Counted from the stretch's first letter, positions 38,604-52,408 are shown. The stretch is DNA of 64,000 bases from Octopus sinensis (GCF_006345805.1 NC_043007.1:63612001-63676000), one strand, 5' to 3'. Numbers and translations: made by a program. The notes: generated from the letters alone by a model not told the origin.

Positions 38604-38711
38604 ATGACTAGCTACTTTGGCAGAAAATTCCTTCAGACTTGTTTCAGATTGTCGAAATACCAGAATGTTAAAGTACCTTTACAAGCGTCACGCCATATTA
38701 GTGTTTCACCT
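38604..38711 (+). CDS. BCKDHA: BCKDHA exon 1, mitochondrial targeting peptide MTSYFGRKFLQTCFRLSKYQNVKVPLQASRHISVSP
   Basis: Arg/Lys/Ser-rich peptide with no acidic residues. In-frame TGA upstream at 38538. Phase-0 donor CCT|GTAAGT is compatible with the phase-0 exon 2. Inferred from composition and phase, not from homology. Confidence 0.75.
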
Positions 38712-39684
38712 GTAAGTATTATTATTTATACGAATGTAAACAAGTTTCTCATAGCTAAGGAAACTGCTCTCTATTGATGGTTTATGTGTGAAGAAAAATG
38801 TTTTTTGTATGGGACAAAGGGAGCTATAGAATTAATTTAATGACCTCGGCTGACAACTTACCATTTACAAAACAAAGAAAAGGTTAAGTGGTCAACGCCG
38901 CTGACATTTAAACAAAGCACTAAGCAACATGAAGACCTTAGTTTTTGTTTATTGTAACAATTCTTTCATTTATATATATATGTGTGACGTGTATGTAATA
39001 TTAATGAGTTTGTTTTTGTGACCGAGATAGTTAAAGTCGAGGTTTTCACCTTGAACACCTCTTCATCTAACACCTCTCCATCTAACCCAGTGACTTTTAC
39101 GTAGTTATTCGACCGGCCATCTGATTACACTCTACTACCATAAATCAAGCAAGGACATAATGAGGGGTATAGCCATAAACTGCAAAAAAAAGGCAGAGTG
39201 ATCATGGCTGGAACACCTTTGATATTAGTCTGCTTCACCAGGGCTGGACTGGAGCTAAATAATAACGTGCAAGACGTGAATTTTACAGTATCCTTTATAT
39301 TGCTGAAGCTTGGTGTCGCCTTCAGAGATAAACTAATCTAAACAGTGCAGTTTAGGCTGATTAGGGCTGTGCAGGCCCTTACTATTTATTTGTATCTTAT
39401 TGGGGGTACTTATTCAAGCGTGAATCCTTTTAATCGCCTCTAAACTTTATAATTATTTTCTTAGTTTACGAATGCATTTACATATTAGTTACATAGATGA
39501 AAAAAAAAATTATGAGTATCTTGTAATCGAACAAAATCTTGTCAATCTATTTGGAAATTGGTCCTGAATGATGAGATTTTTGCGAAATCGAAAATCCCCC
39601 TCCCCCTCCTAGCAAAGCAATGCGCTGGTGCCGTGTAGTATTTATTGACAGAAAACCACAGCATACATAGATCGTTTATTCTGC

Positions 39685-40620
39685 CTAATTGCCCTCCTCC
39701 TCTCGTGGTAGCTTTCTATATTTCCCGATGTTCACCACTTTGCCATTTCTGCGCACCCGCTTCGTTGTGTCGTCCTCCGGCTGCTTGACCTGATCTTGTT
39801 TCTCTTTGAGATCCTTGAAGAGTGCTTCTCCCTCTCTCCTCTCTGAGGGTGTGATGTCTTTTCTCGCACTGACATTTCTGATCAGCTTGGATTCATCCTC
39901 TTCATCTTTTGTTGTTTTTTTTTTTTTTGCTGCTTTCTTAACTTTCCAGAAAGCTTGGAGAACTTCACCCCTGTAGTATTGGTTGAAGAGCGAAAGCCTC
40001 TGTGGTCTAGGATTCTTTGCTTTTGTTTTTGCTACTACGAGGTTTCCAAGTCTGCGGACATCTTTTGGGTCGTGCAGGCTATCCAAGCAGTCAGTCTCTT
40101 TCATGAACCTCTTTACAATGCCACCATCTTCCTGTTTTCTTTTCTCTTTATCTTCCATAGTTGGTTCATCCAGTCCAAATATGACCAAATTTTTGCTCCT
40201 TCGTGCTCTGTCTTCTGACTCCTTTCTTTGCTCTCTAGCTTTCTCCTTCATCAATTTCTCAATGTCATTTTTACTAATTTCTGCTCCCGATGTTTGATTT
40301 TGCTGCAAATCCTACCACTGATAATGTCTTCACTGCTTCTGCCATCTTGGGTGGGAATTCTCCCGCTTCAATCTTTTGAAGTCTGTTCTTCGTTTCCTTC
40401 ATTTCACTCTCAAGAGAGTCCATTCTATCCTCCATTATGTCAAATCTAAGGAGGAACTTTCTGGCTTGCTTGTTGCACAGTTTGGAACAATACCAATGGA
40501 GGTCAGATTCCTGTTCCCTTTGGTTTGCTTCTGCTCTGATTGCCTTGAACAGTGATTTGCCAAAACCAACACATTTTGTGTACTTCTGGATGTACTTGCT
40601 CTGCCAATCACAATTGTCTA
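39685..40620 (-). mobile_element. CR1-type LINE ORF1 (PHD-like finger, coiled coil, RRM-like C-terminus), inverted relative to its RT
   Basis: DNCDWQ...KCVG...HWYCSKLC, then MEDRMDSLESEMKETKNRLQKIE, then RARRSKNLVIFGLDEP...VRRLG...PRP...DITPSER (ORF 39685-40308). Confidence 0.75.
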
Positions 40621-42198
40621 CAGAAAATCAATGGAGACAAGCAAAATCCCAGACGAGTGGAGAACTGCTAACGTCATCCCCATATTCAAGAAAGGGAGCC
40701 GTTTTGCAGTCAACAATTACAGGCCAGTAAGCTTGATCTGCATATTGTGCAAGGTGATGGAGGTGCTTGTTTGTGAGCACATCATTGAACACCTGTGGCG
40801 AAACGACATCATCAACCAAGAACAGCATGGGTTCACAAAGGAGAGATAATGTGTGACACAACTGCTTGACATTCTTAACATCTTGACAGAGACCTTAGAT
40901 GTAGGGGGAGGAGTCAATGTGATCTACATGAATTACATGAAAGTGTTCGACGTCCCACATCGTAGGCTTGTAACCGAAGTAGAAGCTCATGGTATCAAGG
41001 GAAATGTCCTTCAGTGGATCTAGGATTTCTTGAGCTACTGGTCATAACAAGTCTGTGTCAACGGCATGAAGTCAGAGAGTGGAGAGGTGACAAGTGGCAT
41101 TCCACAAGGCAGTGTCATTGGCCCAGTACTGTTTCTCATGTATATAAACGATTTGCCTCGGCATGTCCAGAACCATGTCAGGTTATTTACTGATGACACA
41201 AAGATCTTTGCAAGGAATGACGTTGATGTGACCATGGCAATGCTGCAAGATGACCTGATCGCCTTCACAAGTGTTTGGTGAACTGGCAAATGCAGTTCCA
41301 TTCTGAGAAGTGTTCCATCTTGAGAGTGGGGAACCTGAAGACGGACAGGAAATACTTCATGAGAGGCCAGGTTGCACAGGGAAAACGGACTGTGGTGGAG
41401 CTAGCAAAAAGTGAGGTCGTGGGAAACCTTGGTGTCTTGATTGACAATGGGCTGACCTTCAGGAACCACATAAAAAAAGCAAATTGAATCCTTGGAGTCA
41501 TCTAATGATCATTTGACTTCATTACCCCTGTTGTCTTCGTCCAGCTGTACAAGTCTCTACTTCGCTTGATTCTTGAATATGGACACACAGTTTGGCAACC
41601 CTGGCATAAGGCAATGTGTTGCGAGTTGGAGGATGTTCAGCGGTGTGCCACCAAACTCATTGCATCCTTGAAAGAAAAGCCACACCCAGAGTGCTTGGCT
41701 GCACTAAACCTGCCTGGTCTCAAACATCGCTGTCTCAGGGGGATATGATCAACATGTATAAATATATGCATGACCTGTACCTGACCAACCGCCCCCAATT
41801 CAACTACTTCCAAGGCAGAAATACGAGAGGACACAGCCTGAAATTGGAAAGATCACACTGCAAGCTCAACATTAGAAGCTGCTTTTTTGTACAGCGTGTG
41901 ACTGCCACCTGGAACAGTCTGCCAAACAGTGTGGTCACAGCTCCATCAGTCCATGCCTTGACGCACACTGGAGGGAGCTTCCTGCAAAATTTGACCCTGT
42001 CTATTACTATTAGCTACAACTGTCCAAGTGTTGTACCACACATAACAAATTAATTGTACTAGTGGAAAAGGACCTGTGAACAAGCTCCTAGGAGCTTCAA
42101 CATGGAAACCATCCAATATCCAGTAACATAAGACCCCAAGAACTGTGCCTTCAAGCTTATGCCTCAACTCAACAGTGATCACTATTTAAAAAAAAAAG
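40620..42198 (+). mobile_element. CR1-type LINE RT and 3' end, decayed, A-rich tail
   Basis: IPDEWRTANVIPIFKKG...NYRPVSL, QHGF, SGIPQGSVIGPVLFLMYINDL, LFTDDTKI and WNSLP. Poly(A) at ~42188-42198. Confidence 0.9.
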
Positions 42199-45100
42199 GA
42201 GGGTTTGGGGCTGACTGATTCTTAGATTTTAATGATTACAACCTTACTAGTTCTGCCCTTCTTCCAGGCTCTTATACTGGGTGATTGAGCGATGGTGGTG
42301 TTTGAAATACTGGTGTTAGTCGTGAATAATAAAAATAATTGATGTTCAAATTGCATTTGTGTGTTCTCAGCCAAAGTGCATCTCGCACAAGAGTTTTTTT
42401 TGTTTTTTTTAACTCACTAGCGTTACTTATAAGGGCAATTAGGTCAGGGGTCAGTATAGTGACCCCTGGCCATATTACAACTATTTTTTGTAATTTTTCT
42501 GAACAAACAGAAAGATGCAAGAAATTGTTTTTGTCACCGAGCCATTTTATCATACCAGATATTGTGTTCATTTTAATATATTCATAGTATATATTACATT
42601 TATATATTTTTGTAATTATTCGTGTAGTTGTTTCTTTTCATACCGAGTTTGTATCCTTCCACAATTATAAATATTATGGTTTTGTGTTTCAATTATGTAA
42701 CTATATCAGTGGTTTCCACATTGGATCCACTCAAGTGTTACTAAGGATCTGAGAGATATGTTCAAATTTTTAAAAGGTTGCATTGTAAAATGTATACCTT
42801 TCTTTCAGTTGAGAGATGAAAATGGGGAAAACGGGATTGTTAATAAAGTTGATTTGTTTAGTAGACAGACCTTTCAGAAGTCTATTGCCTTTGGAACTAT
42901 ACTATCTCACTATAGATGGACTGCTGCTGCTGTTACTAATATTATTTATTAGGTAGATAAATTGTCTGAAAGTTATTGAAGGCATAATCTCTTTACATTG
43001 CAAGATCACATTCATCAGTTGTTGATTTATAAATAACCATGGTATGTTAGCATTCGATTCACTCAATTATATCTCTCCATATAATTCTGGAGCCTTGTCC
43101 CAATATAAGAAATTATTAGGGCAATTTTTTTAACCTTAAAAATTACTTGATTTTACTTATATTTTCATTACGTTTTATCCCTATTTTTCAACTTTATTGA
43201 CAGATTTTAACCCTATTTTAATTTTATTATTGTTAATAAATCCATAAACTTGGGGAGTTCAATCTAGTTTTCATTACTGAATGACATATGAGTATTATTA
43301 AAACAATTTCTAAAAAAACTATTACAGTAATCTCTCGACTAGAAAATATATTAAGTTGGAAAAAAGAAAACCATAAAAAGGGAAGAAGGGTGAATAAAGT
43401 AAAATAAAATTACTTACTTCCCAAAGGAAAAAAAAAAACCTATAAAGGGAAATGTAATGAAAATGGTACTCCCCTTCTCACGTGACAAAGTGGTATGATT
43501 CAGCCACTATAAAGTCAGATAATCAGTCGTTGTAGGAGGTCAATAGTAGTAGAATTGTTGTATAAGTTCTCAGTTGGAGTCAGTTACATGGTATATACGA
43601 GTTCGAGTTACCATCAAGGTAGACATTTGAAAGTCATTGTCTTGAAGAGCTATCAGCAATAGCATGGTAGATGAATCAAAGATAATAGAATGCGGAAAAC
43701 TGCCACAACATAATAGTGGCACAAGAATATTACAGTGCCAACAACAACATACAAGTGGACAAGGATCCACATTATAACATAATCAAAATATTATATTTAC
43801 TTGAAACAGGAAAAAAGCAGCTCAATTAGGCTATGACAAAAGAACTCTACAAACAACTTCAAAAAGATCCAGCAACACTGCAGCAAAAGAAAATGATTCA
43901 ATACATTTAACCTCAGATAAATATTTACATAACAGTTAACAACAAATCTAAATGATACATGAAAGATATGTATTAAAATATTATTGAGAAATGGCTAGCA
44001 TACTGTACATTTACATATAGTGAAAAGATTAGCGAGAAAAAGTCCTTACTTTCGATGGTAAATTTAAAATTCCTAAACAATAGTTGCAAAGAATTAAAAC
44101 CGTAAGTAAATACACTTACAATTGGTTGGTAATAAATAATTCTATTCTGAGAGAGGCCTGCTTCATGAATCGGAAAAAAAATGCAAATAACCAATATTAG
44201 TGGTTGGTATTGATCGCCAATAACTAATATTAGTAAAAGTACCTTGAAGTTGGAAATTTGGCTTACAGAGAAACTATAAAGCTATATAGCTAGAAACACT
44301 TATGTCAAATAATTTTCAACATTGAAGGGTAGGACAAGCCATTGGGAATGTTAAAAATAGCTCCAAAGTGGTAGTCAAATACAACAGCTCTACTAAAAAC
44401 TAGTAGAAATATATATGTCAAATTTAGGTTTAATCAATACATAAAAATATGTCAATGAATTTATTCTTTCAGCATCTATTCAAAAAACAAATTCTTTTTA
44501 GTGAAATTTCATTCTTTTTAACCTTATTTCAACTTTATTACCTTTAAAAGGATTAATTACGGTGACTAATAAAAAAAGTTTTCTCTCTTTATCAAATGAA
44601 TGTTTTTATGAATTTGAACTTTTTGGCATTATTACTTAATGCATGACCCTGGAATACATAATACTTTGCTTCATTGAAATATAGCTTTATATGTGCCAGA
44701 AGAATTAAGTAAGAAAAGGTAAAACAGTAAAAGGAATATTTAATAGATCAAAATACATTTAAGTTTTTAACATCATCCACTTTCATGGAGCACATTACTA
44801 TCTTCTGATGTAAATCTCTAAATTTGTGAAACAGTTGAGGAATCTAAAAAGGACTGTAAGAAAATAATCATTTCGCTATTTTCTGAAATGATAGAATGAA
44901 GGAAACTTGGATGTTCCTGTGTAGGTTGTCTAGATTACTTGTTATTGGGTGAAAGCTTGAGGTAAAGACAATGATAGATAAATGGTTAAGATAGGTAGAC
45001 ATTTTAAGAAGTAGCTTATTATAATATTGGAACAAAAAATATGAATCTCTTTTTTTTCTGTTTTTCCCATCTCTTCTCTCTCTCCCTCATTCTTTGTTTT

Positions 45101-45234
45101 CTCTGTATAATGATACATATATATGTAAAGAGGTAAACACATGAATTTCCCAACATGATCATTAAAAACATTTAATTAATTTATAAAGTTAACACATTTG
45201 AAAATAAATTTTTTTATTCTTAATAGTTTGGCTA

Positions 45235-45580
45235 ATGCCAGTACTGCCTGACTGGCATGCATGCCACTGGCATGTAAAAAGTATCATTTGAGCATGGTTG
45301 ATACCAGTGCTGCCTAACTGGCACCCATGCTGATGACATGTAAAGAGCACAATTTGATTGTGGCTAGTGCTGCCTGACTGGCTCCCATGCCAATGGCATG
45401 TAAAAAGCACCCACTATACTCTTGGCGTGGTTGACATTAGGAAGGGCATCCAACTGTAGAAACCTTGCCAAATCAGATAGCCTGGTGCAGCTCCTGGCTT
45501 GCCAGTTCTCAGTCAAACTGTCCAACCCATGCCAGCATAGAAAGCAGATGTTAAATGACAGTGATAATGATGATGTATCT
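45235..45580 (+). mobile_element. RTE 3'-tail-derived element with ~3 degenerate units
   Basis: GGCATGTAAAAAG cores at ~45262, ~45328 and ~45388, then CACCCACTATACTCTTGGCGTGGTTG...GTTAAATGA. Confidence 0.8.
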
Positions 45581-46579
45581 TAATAAGTTAACTAAGTGAC
45601 TCTAACAATCCTGTTGAGAAATGTGTGTTTGTGTATATACTTACATACAGACACAGACAGACAAAATATTGCTGTCATGAATCATTACCAGAGCTAGAGA
45701 AGAAGTTTCAAATATGGAAGCAAGGTCTAGAATCAAAGGGCCTTAGAGTTAACCTAGCAAAAACCAATTTAAGCCCATGAGGCCTTATTGAGTAAGATCG
45801 TCTGGCTTGCTTTCAGTTTGAATATGAGTCACAAAGCTATGATACTATTTCAACTTTAAAATAGATTTTTAGCCCTATACCCCAAAGCATTAAACGGATT
45901 AGAGATAATCGTTCCTTTTTGTGTAGAACTCTAATCTTTTGTAGTTAACACTCCCAGCAGATTTGGCACCCATTTCCCAAAATAGATCAACTGAATTTTA
46001 CAATATGTTTTTGTTTTATGCTCCCACTCAGTCTGGAAGATATATAAAGCATATATAAACACAAATAGTAACAACATTCATTACTTCATTTGCTCTAAAT
46101 ACAGTAATGGGATGCACAGCAAGTGTATAGGAACAGCAGCTGTTACTTGGTCTGAGTTCACTTTGCCCATATCCTTTGTAATCACCACAAGAACTTAATC
46201 ATACAAATGAACAATCGAAGAGGCCTATACTTGGTTGTTCAATATCCTGGAAATAGCATCCAAATCTCTCTGAAATGACTTTCTACCATCTTAGAGAAAA
46301 ATGCACTTGTTAGATAATATGGTTCTGAATACATTGTGCCTAGAAAATGGACAGGATGGTCATGGTTGGAATGCCTTTAATAATAGGTTTGCTACAACAA
46401 ACAGTCCAAAAGCAGCGGGGCTGCAGAGTTAAAAAAGCATAACATATCCTGAGTGCACAGTGTAGGCCTCAACTATAAAGAGGTTGAATATATTTGGAAT
46501 ACTGATCTGTTGATTGAAGGTAGTCATTAAACTGAATACATATCGAAGGTTTGTGTAATCTGTGTCGCAGCAACTAGGT

Positions 46580-46945
46580 ATCTTTTACTTGTTTCAATCA
46601 TTGGACTGTGGCCAAGCTGGGGCACCATCTCGAAGGGTTTACTTGAACAAATCCAAGTACTTATTTTTTAAAGCCTCATACTTATTCCATTAGTATCTTT
46701 GGCAAACCACTGAGTTACAGGGATGTAAATAAACCAACACCAATAACCAAATGGTTGGGTGGAGGACAAACACAAATGCACGCACACACACACACAATGA
46801 GCTTTCAGCTTCTGTCTACCAAATACACTCACAAGGCTTTGGTTAGCCCAGGTCTATAGTAGAAGACATTTGTCCAAGATACCTTGTAGTGGGATCAAAC
46901 CTGGAATTATGCAGTTGGGATGCAAATTTCTTACCACACAGCCCC
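46580..46945 (-). mobile_element. SINE family A
   Basis: Reverse-complement head and tail modules separated by (CA)n. Confidence 0.75.
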
Positions 46946-48529
46946 CTTATGTCAATACACTAGTATATGTAAATTTAGGTCTAATTAGAAATATAACAAA
47001 AGAATTACATCAGCTGGAGTGAATTATTATTCATGAATAGGAAAGTCAATGCTATTCATGTTCAGTAAGCTTTTTATCCTCCATATTTAAGTAATGTTAT
47101 ATCTTTTTACCATTATATTTTCTTGTTTTACTGATATTTATTTAATAAATGTTAACTACAGTATTGTCTCTTAATGTTCATCATTTTACTTCTCATGTTT
47201 AAATGGGTTGTGCAGGTCTTCTTCTAGTACAGGCTCTTGCCCGTTGCTGCAATCTTTTCTTATTCTGTTTCTAAGGATCAACCTATTGAATCATCTTTCA
47301 CCATTTCTTCCCATATTTTCTTTGGTCTTCCTCTTCAGTGGATTCCTTCCACTTGGCTCAATTAGCACTCGTTTACTCAACTGTATATGTAAAAATGTGT
47401 ATATGTATGTATATAAAAACATCTGCTGCATTACAGTTATATCTCCAGTTATGGAATTTCACACTTACAGAAATTGTAAAGTATTACTGTTTATTCTAGA
47501 ATATGTCTGTAATTTTACTCTTTCAGAAACTTGGATAAATTTTAACGATTTAAAAATCTTGCTTTCTTCTTATCCCAAAGGCTGAGTTAATTTGAGAAAT
47601 TATAATCATAATACATGCATACATATACATACACAAACATATGTACACACACACCTTCAGTACCAACACAACCACCAGCAACAATAACATGAACTTAGAA
47701 TGGTCATAGCTGGAATGTTTTTCATTGTAAGTCTACTTACTCATGGCTAACCTGGAGTTAACAACAATAACCATTGGTGTGTGAAGTAGTTTCCTTTACT
47801 ATTTGAATAAAAGCAACTTTTTTCTTACATTGGTGCATTACGTATGAGGAGAAGAAAAGATGATGATATTACTTTAACTCTTTAGCATTTAAACCAGCCA
47901 GATTTGACCCAAATATTCCACCTATTTTATGTGCAAACTGGCCAGCTCCAGCCTCTCACATCTACCCTATAATATCATTCTAAAAACAAACAATTACATC
48001 ATTAAAATCTCAAGGCTACAAATAATGCATGATTAATTATAGGTGCAGGTGTGGCTGTGTGGTAAGAAGCTTGCTTCCCAACCACATGGTTTCAGGTTCA
48101 ATATCAGTGTGTGGCACCTCGGGCAAATGTCTTCCACTATAGTCTCAGGCTAATTAAAGCTTTGTGAATGGCTTTTGTAGACAGAAACTGATAAAAGTCC
48201 ATTGTGTGTGTGTGTATATGTATAATTTTATATAGGTAGTTAGGGTAAATCCCAGCTGTATCTGCTTATTCCATTATTATAATCAGTATGTATCCATAGT
48301 TACTGTTGTATGTAAATTGAACACATTAAAATGGAGAATTATGGAAATATTATTTGCAGTGTTGTTGAATAACAAAACTGGAAAATGGAAATAATTTGTT
48401 ATTATTTATTCTCCTCTTAGATATTCTTTATATATCTATATAATGTGTAAACCTTTGTAATTCCTATTAGCAAAGGAACACATTTAATGGAGAATAAATA
48501 ATAGCAAATTATTCCATTTTCTTTGTTTG

Positions 48530-48530
<1 letters not shown>

Positions 48531-48610
<80 letters not shown>

Positions 48611-49142
48611 TATATATTTATATATATATAATATAATATATATTTATATTATATATTTATATATCTATATTTATATATATATATTTTTAGATATATATAT
48701 TTATATATATATATAATATAATTTTATATATATATATTTATATATAGATATTTTATATATATATATATAATATTATTTATATATAATATATATATTATAT
48801 TTATATATATATATTATATATATATAAATATATTATATTATATATATTATATTTATATATGATAATATATATTTATTTATATATATATATATATTATTAT
48901 TTATATATATATATTATATTATTATATATATTATATATATATATATATATTTTATATATATATAATATATATTATATATATATATATTTATATATATATA
49001 TAATATAATATTTATATTTATATATTATATAATTATTTTATATATATATATATATATATATATTAGATAATATATAATATAATATATATATATATTTATA
49101 TATAGATATATATATTATATTTATATATATATATTATATATT

Positions 49143-49206
<64 letters not shown>

Positions 49207-49606
49207 TTTATATAATATATATATATTATATATCATATATATATATATATATTATATTATATATATATATTATATATATATATATATATTTATATATTAT
49301 ATAGATATTCTTATATATATATATGATATATTTATATATAATATATATATATATTTATATATTAATATATATTTTATATATTTAATATATATTATATTTA
49401 TATATTATATATATATATATAGGTATATATTTAATATATATATATATTTATATATATATATAGATATATTTATATTATATTTATATTTAATATATATATT
49501 TTATTATTATATGGATATATATATATATATATATTTATATATTATATATATATATTATTTATATATATATATTTATATATTTTATATATATATATTATAT
49601 ATATAT

Positions 49607-49639
<33 letters not shown>

Positions 49640-50134
49640 TATATATTTTTATATATATTTATATATATATATTTATTATATAATATATATATATATTTAT
49701 ATATAGATATATATATTGATATATATTATTTATATATAATATTTATATAATATATATATATATTTAATATTATATTTATATATAATATATATATTTATAT
49801 ATATTTTATATATTATATATTTATATATATTTATATATATATATTATATATAATTTATTATATATATATATTATATATATTTATATATATATGTATATAT
49901 ATTTATATATTATATATATATTTATTATGATTATATTTATATATATATATATATAATTTATATATATATAGTTTTATATAGATATATATTTATATATATA
50001 TATTATATATTGAATATATATATTTATATATATAATATTTATATATATATAATTATATATATATTTATATATATATATTATTTTATATATATATATATTT
50101 ATATATATATATATATTTATATATTTAATATATA
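48531..50134. repeat. 1.6-kb degenerate (TA)n tract
   Basis: Almost exclusively A/T. Confidence 0.95.
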
Positions 50135-50234
50135 NNNNNNNNNNNNNNNNNNNNNNNNNNNNNNNNNNNNNNNNNNNNNNNNNNNNNNNNNNNNNNNNNN
50201 NNNNNNNNNNNNNNNNNNNNNNNNNNNNNNNNNN
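50135..50234. other. Assembly gap (100 N)
   Basis: A run of exactly 100 N, probably a placeholder of unknown true length. Confidence 0.98.
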
Positions 50235-50539
50235 ATGACTGAAACAAGTAAAAGAATGCAAAACAATGTGAATAAATAAGCATTACATCTGACAGTAATC
50301 TGAATGCTAAAGGGCTAATTAAGGAATATATCAAGCTACAGAATTTACATATCTATATCAGTATGTAGGTTAGACATATCTATGTGTATTTGGACTACTC
50401 TTTTTGTTTTAATTACTCACAATGCATTAACATGATTAAATGCTTTGTTGGAATATATTAATTTTTTTTACTTAAACTCTATGCTATATGACAGAGGTGT
50501 ATAATAAGTGTTTCTGATTTAGGGACATGGACAGAAATG

Positions 50540-51710
50540 TCAACTCCCTTTGTACTTGGCTGGTACTTTATTTTATTGACTCTGGAGAGATGAAAAGTAA
50601 GGTTGACCTTGTCTGGATTTCAACTTGGAATGTGAAAAACTGGAAAAATATTGATTCTAAAATTCACTGTCCTAATAAAAATATAACAATTCTTTCGACT
50701 ATTGGCACAAGGCCAGAAATTTTGGGGGAGAGGCAAGTTGATTACTTCAGCCCCAGCACACAACTGGTACTTATTTTATTTAATGTGTCTGAAAGGATGA
50801 AAGGTAAAGTCAACCTCGGTGAAACTTGAATGAAAACATAAAGCAGGAAGAAATGCTGGCATGCTAACAATTCTGCCAGCTCACTGCCTTTATAATAATA
50901 ATCCTTTCTTTTATAGACACAAGGCCTGAAATTTTGGAGGAAGGGGCTAGTTGATTATATTGACCCCAGTACTCAACTGGTACTTATTTTATCAACTCTG
51001 AAAGGATTAAAGGCAAAGTTGACCTTGGCAGAATTTGAACTTAGAACATAAAAGATGGATGAAATGTCACTAAGCACTTCTTCCAATGTTCTAATGATTC
51101 TGCCAGCTTCCTGCCTTTAATAACAATAATAATCCTTTTTTACTAAAGGAACAAGGCCTGAAATTTTGGAGGAGGGAACTAGTTGATTATATCAATCCCC
51201 AGTGTTTCAGTGGTACTTAATTTATTGACCCTGAAAGTATAAAAGACAAAGTTGACCTTGGCTGAATTTGAACTTAGAACATAAAAGATGGATGAAATGT
51301 CACAAAGCACTTCTTCCAATGTTCTAATGATTCTGCCAGCTTCCTGCCTTTAATAATAAAAATGACACCAACGCCGATGACGCATGAAAGAGAAGATCAG
51401 GAAGAAATGTTATAGGAGAGTTTGAGCAGTTCTGAAATCTGAGCTAAATACCCATATGATGTTAGCCATAAATTCCTTAGCAGTTCCAGTTGGCAAAACA
51501 TGGTAACGAAATTAATAGCAGAAAAACTAATAATAATAATAATGGTTTCAAATTTTGACACAAGGCCAGTAATTTTGAGGAAATGGATAAGTCAAGTATA
51601 TCGACCCCAGTGCTCAACTGGTATTATTTTATTGACCCCCCAAAAGACAAAATGCCACTAAGCATTTTACTCAGTGATTCTGCCAGCTTGCTGCCTTACT
51701 CATAATAATA
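50540..51710 (-). repeat. Head-to-tail array of ~5 SINE family C copies
   Basis: Repeated ACAAGGCC(A/T)GAAATTTT...CAACTGGTACTTATTT...GTTGACCTTGG...GATTCTGCCAGC units separated by (AAT)n. The blocks 51019-51130 and 51251-51362 are nearly identical. Confidence 0.85.
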
Positions 51711-52184
51711 GTAATGATTTCTTTATTAACCACTAAGGATTCACAAAAATGAACACCTCAAATTTATAATAAAGCAGCTTTGGCAGAACAATAGGTCTAT
51801 GGAAATTAAAACAGAATTAGTGTCAGTTAGGAGTGTGAAAGCTTGTATGAAGGATGTGTAGAGTTAATGTTATATATTCAAGGAAAGTTCAAGTGCTCTG
51901 GTTAATAGTCAGCCTGATATTTGAGTCAGTTTACAAGGATGTGCTTTATCTTTCACTTAAAAGGCTTATCTTGGATACTGCCAAACATTTAGAGAATTTA
52001 AGCAGTATTTTTAATAACTGTCCCAATTTCATCAGTATCTTCTATTATTTTGCCAAAGACTTTAAACAAATGAATTTCTTTTTTTATATACTGTAAGCTA
52101 AATTTTAGAAATGTAACCCATTATTTTCTGAACATCTGTAAATTTTCTGAGCATAACAATTTTTGTTTCTGTGTTTCATCACGC

Positions 52185-52408
52185 TTAACCCTTTCACATT
52201 CAGATTATCCTATCAAATATGATGTTTATTTATCTACATTGTTTTGAATTAATCATGCATTATCTCATAGCTTTGATATTTCAATAATGTGATTGTTTAT
52301 TTTTAGCATGATATTGTAGGGTAGATGTGAGATGCCAAATCTTGCTGGTGTGAACATAAAACAGAATATTCTGAGTGGATATGGCTGGTTTAAATGCTGA
52401 AGGGTTAA
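52185..52408. mobile_element. piggyBac-type MITE (TTAA-flanked), opposite orientation to the 18923 copy
   Basis: TTAA-CCCTTTCACATT ... AATGCTGAAGGG-TTAA. Confidence 0.8.

Larger units (their letters stand above)
47874..50318. mobile_element. piggyBac-type MITE split by a SINE that itself contains an insert and an AT expansion
   Basis: Left half 47874-48038 (TTAACTCTTTAGCATT...GCATGATTAATT). SINE head 48045-48210. SINE tail ATGACTGAAACAAGTAAAAG at 50235. The MITE resumes at CAAAACAATGTGAATAAATAAG...AATGCTAAAGGGCTAA and ends at 50318. Confidence 0.7.

Noticed and set aside
42445-42468. CAGGGGTCA-N6-TGACCCCTG palindrome as a Helitron 3' hairpin
   Set aside because: There is no CTRR terminus at the expected distance. 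It is probably a subterminal motif of an unidentified DNA transposon.
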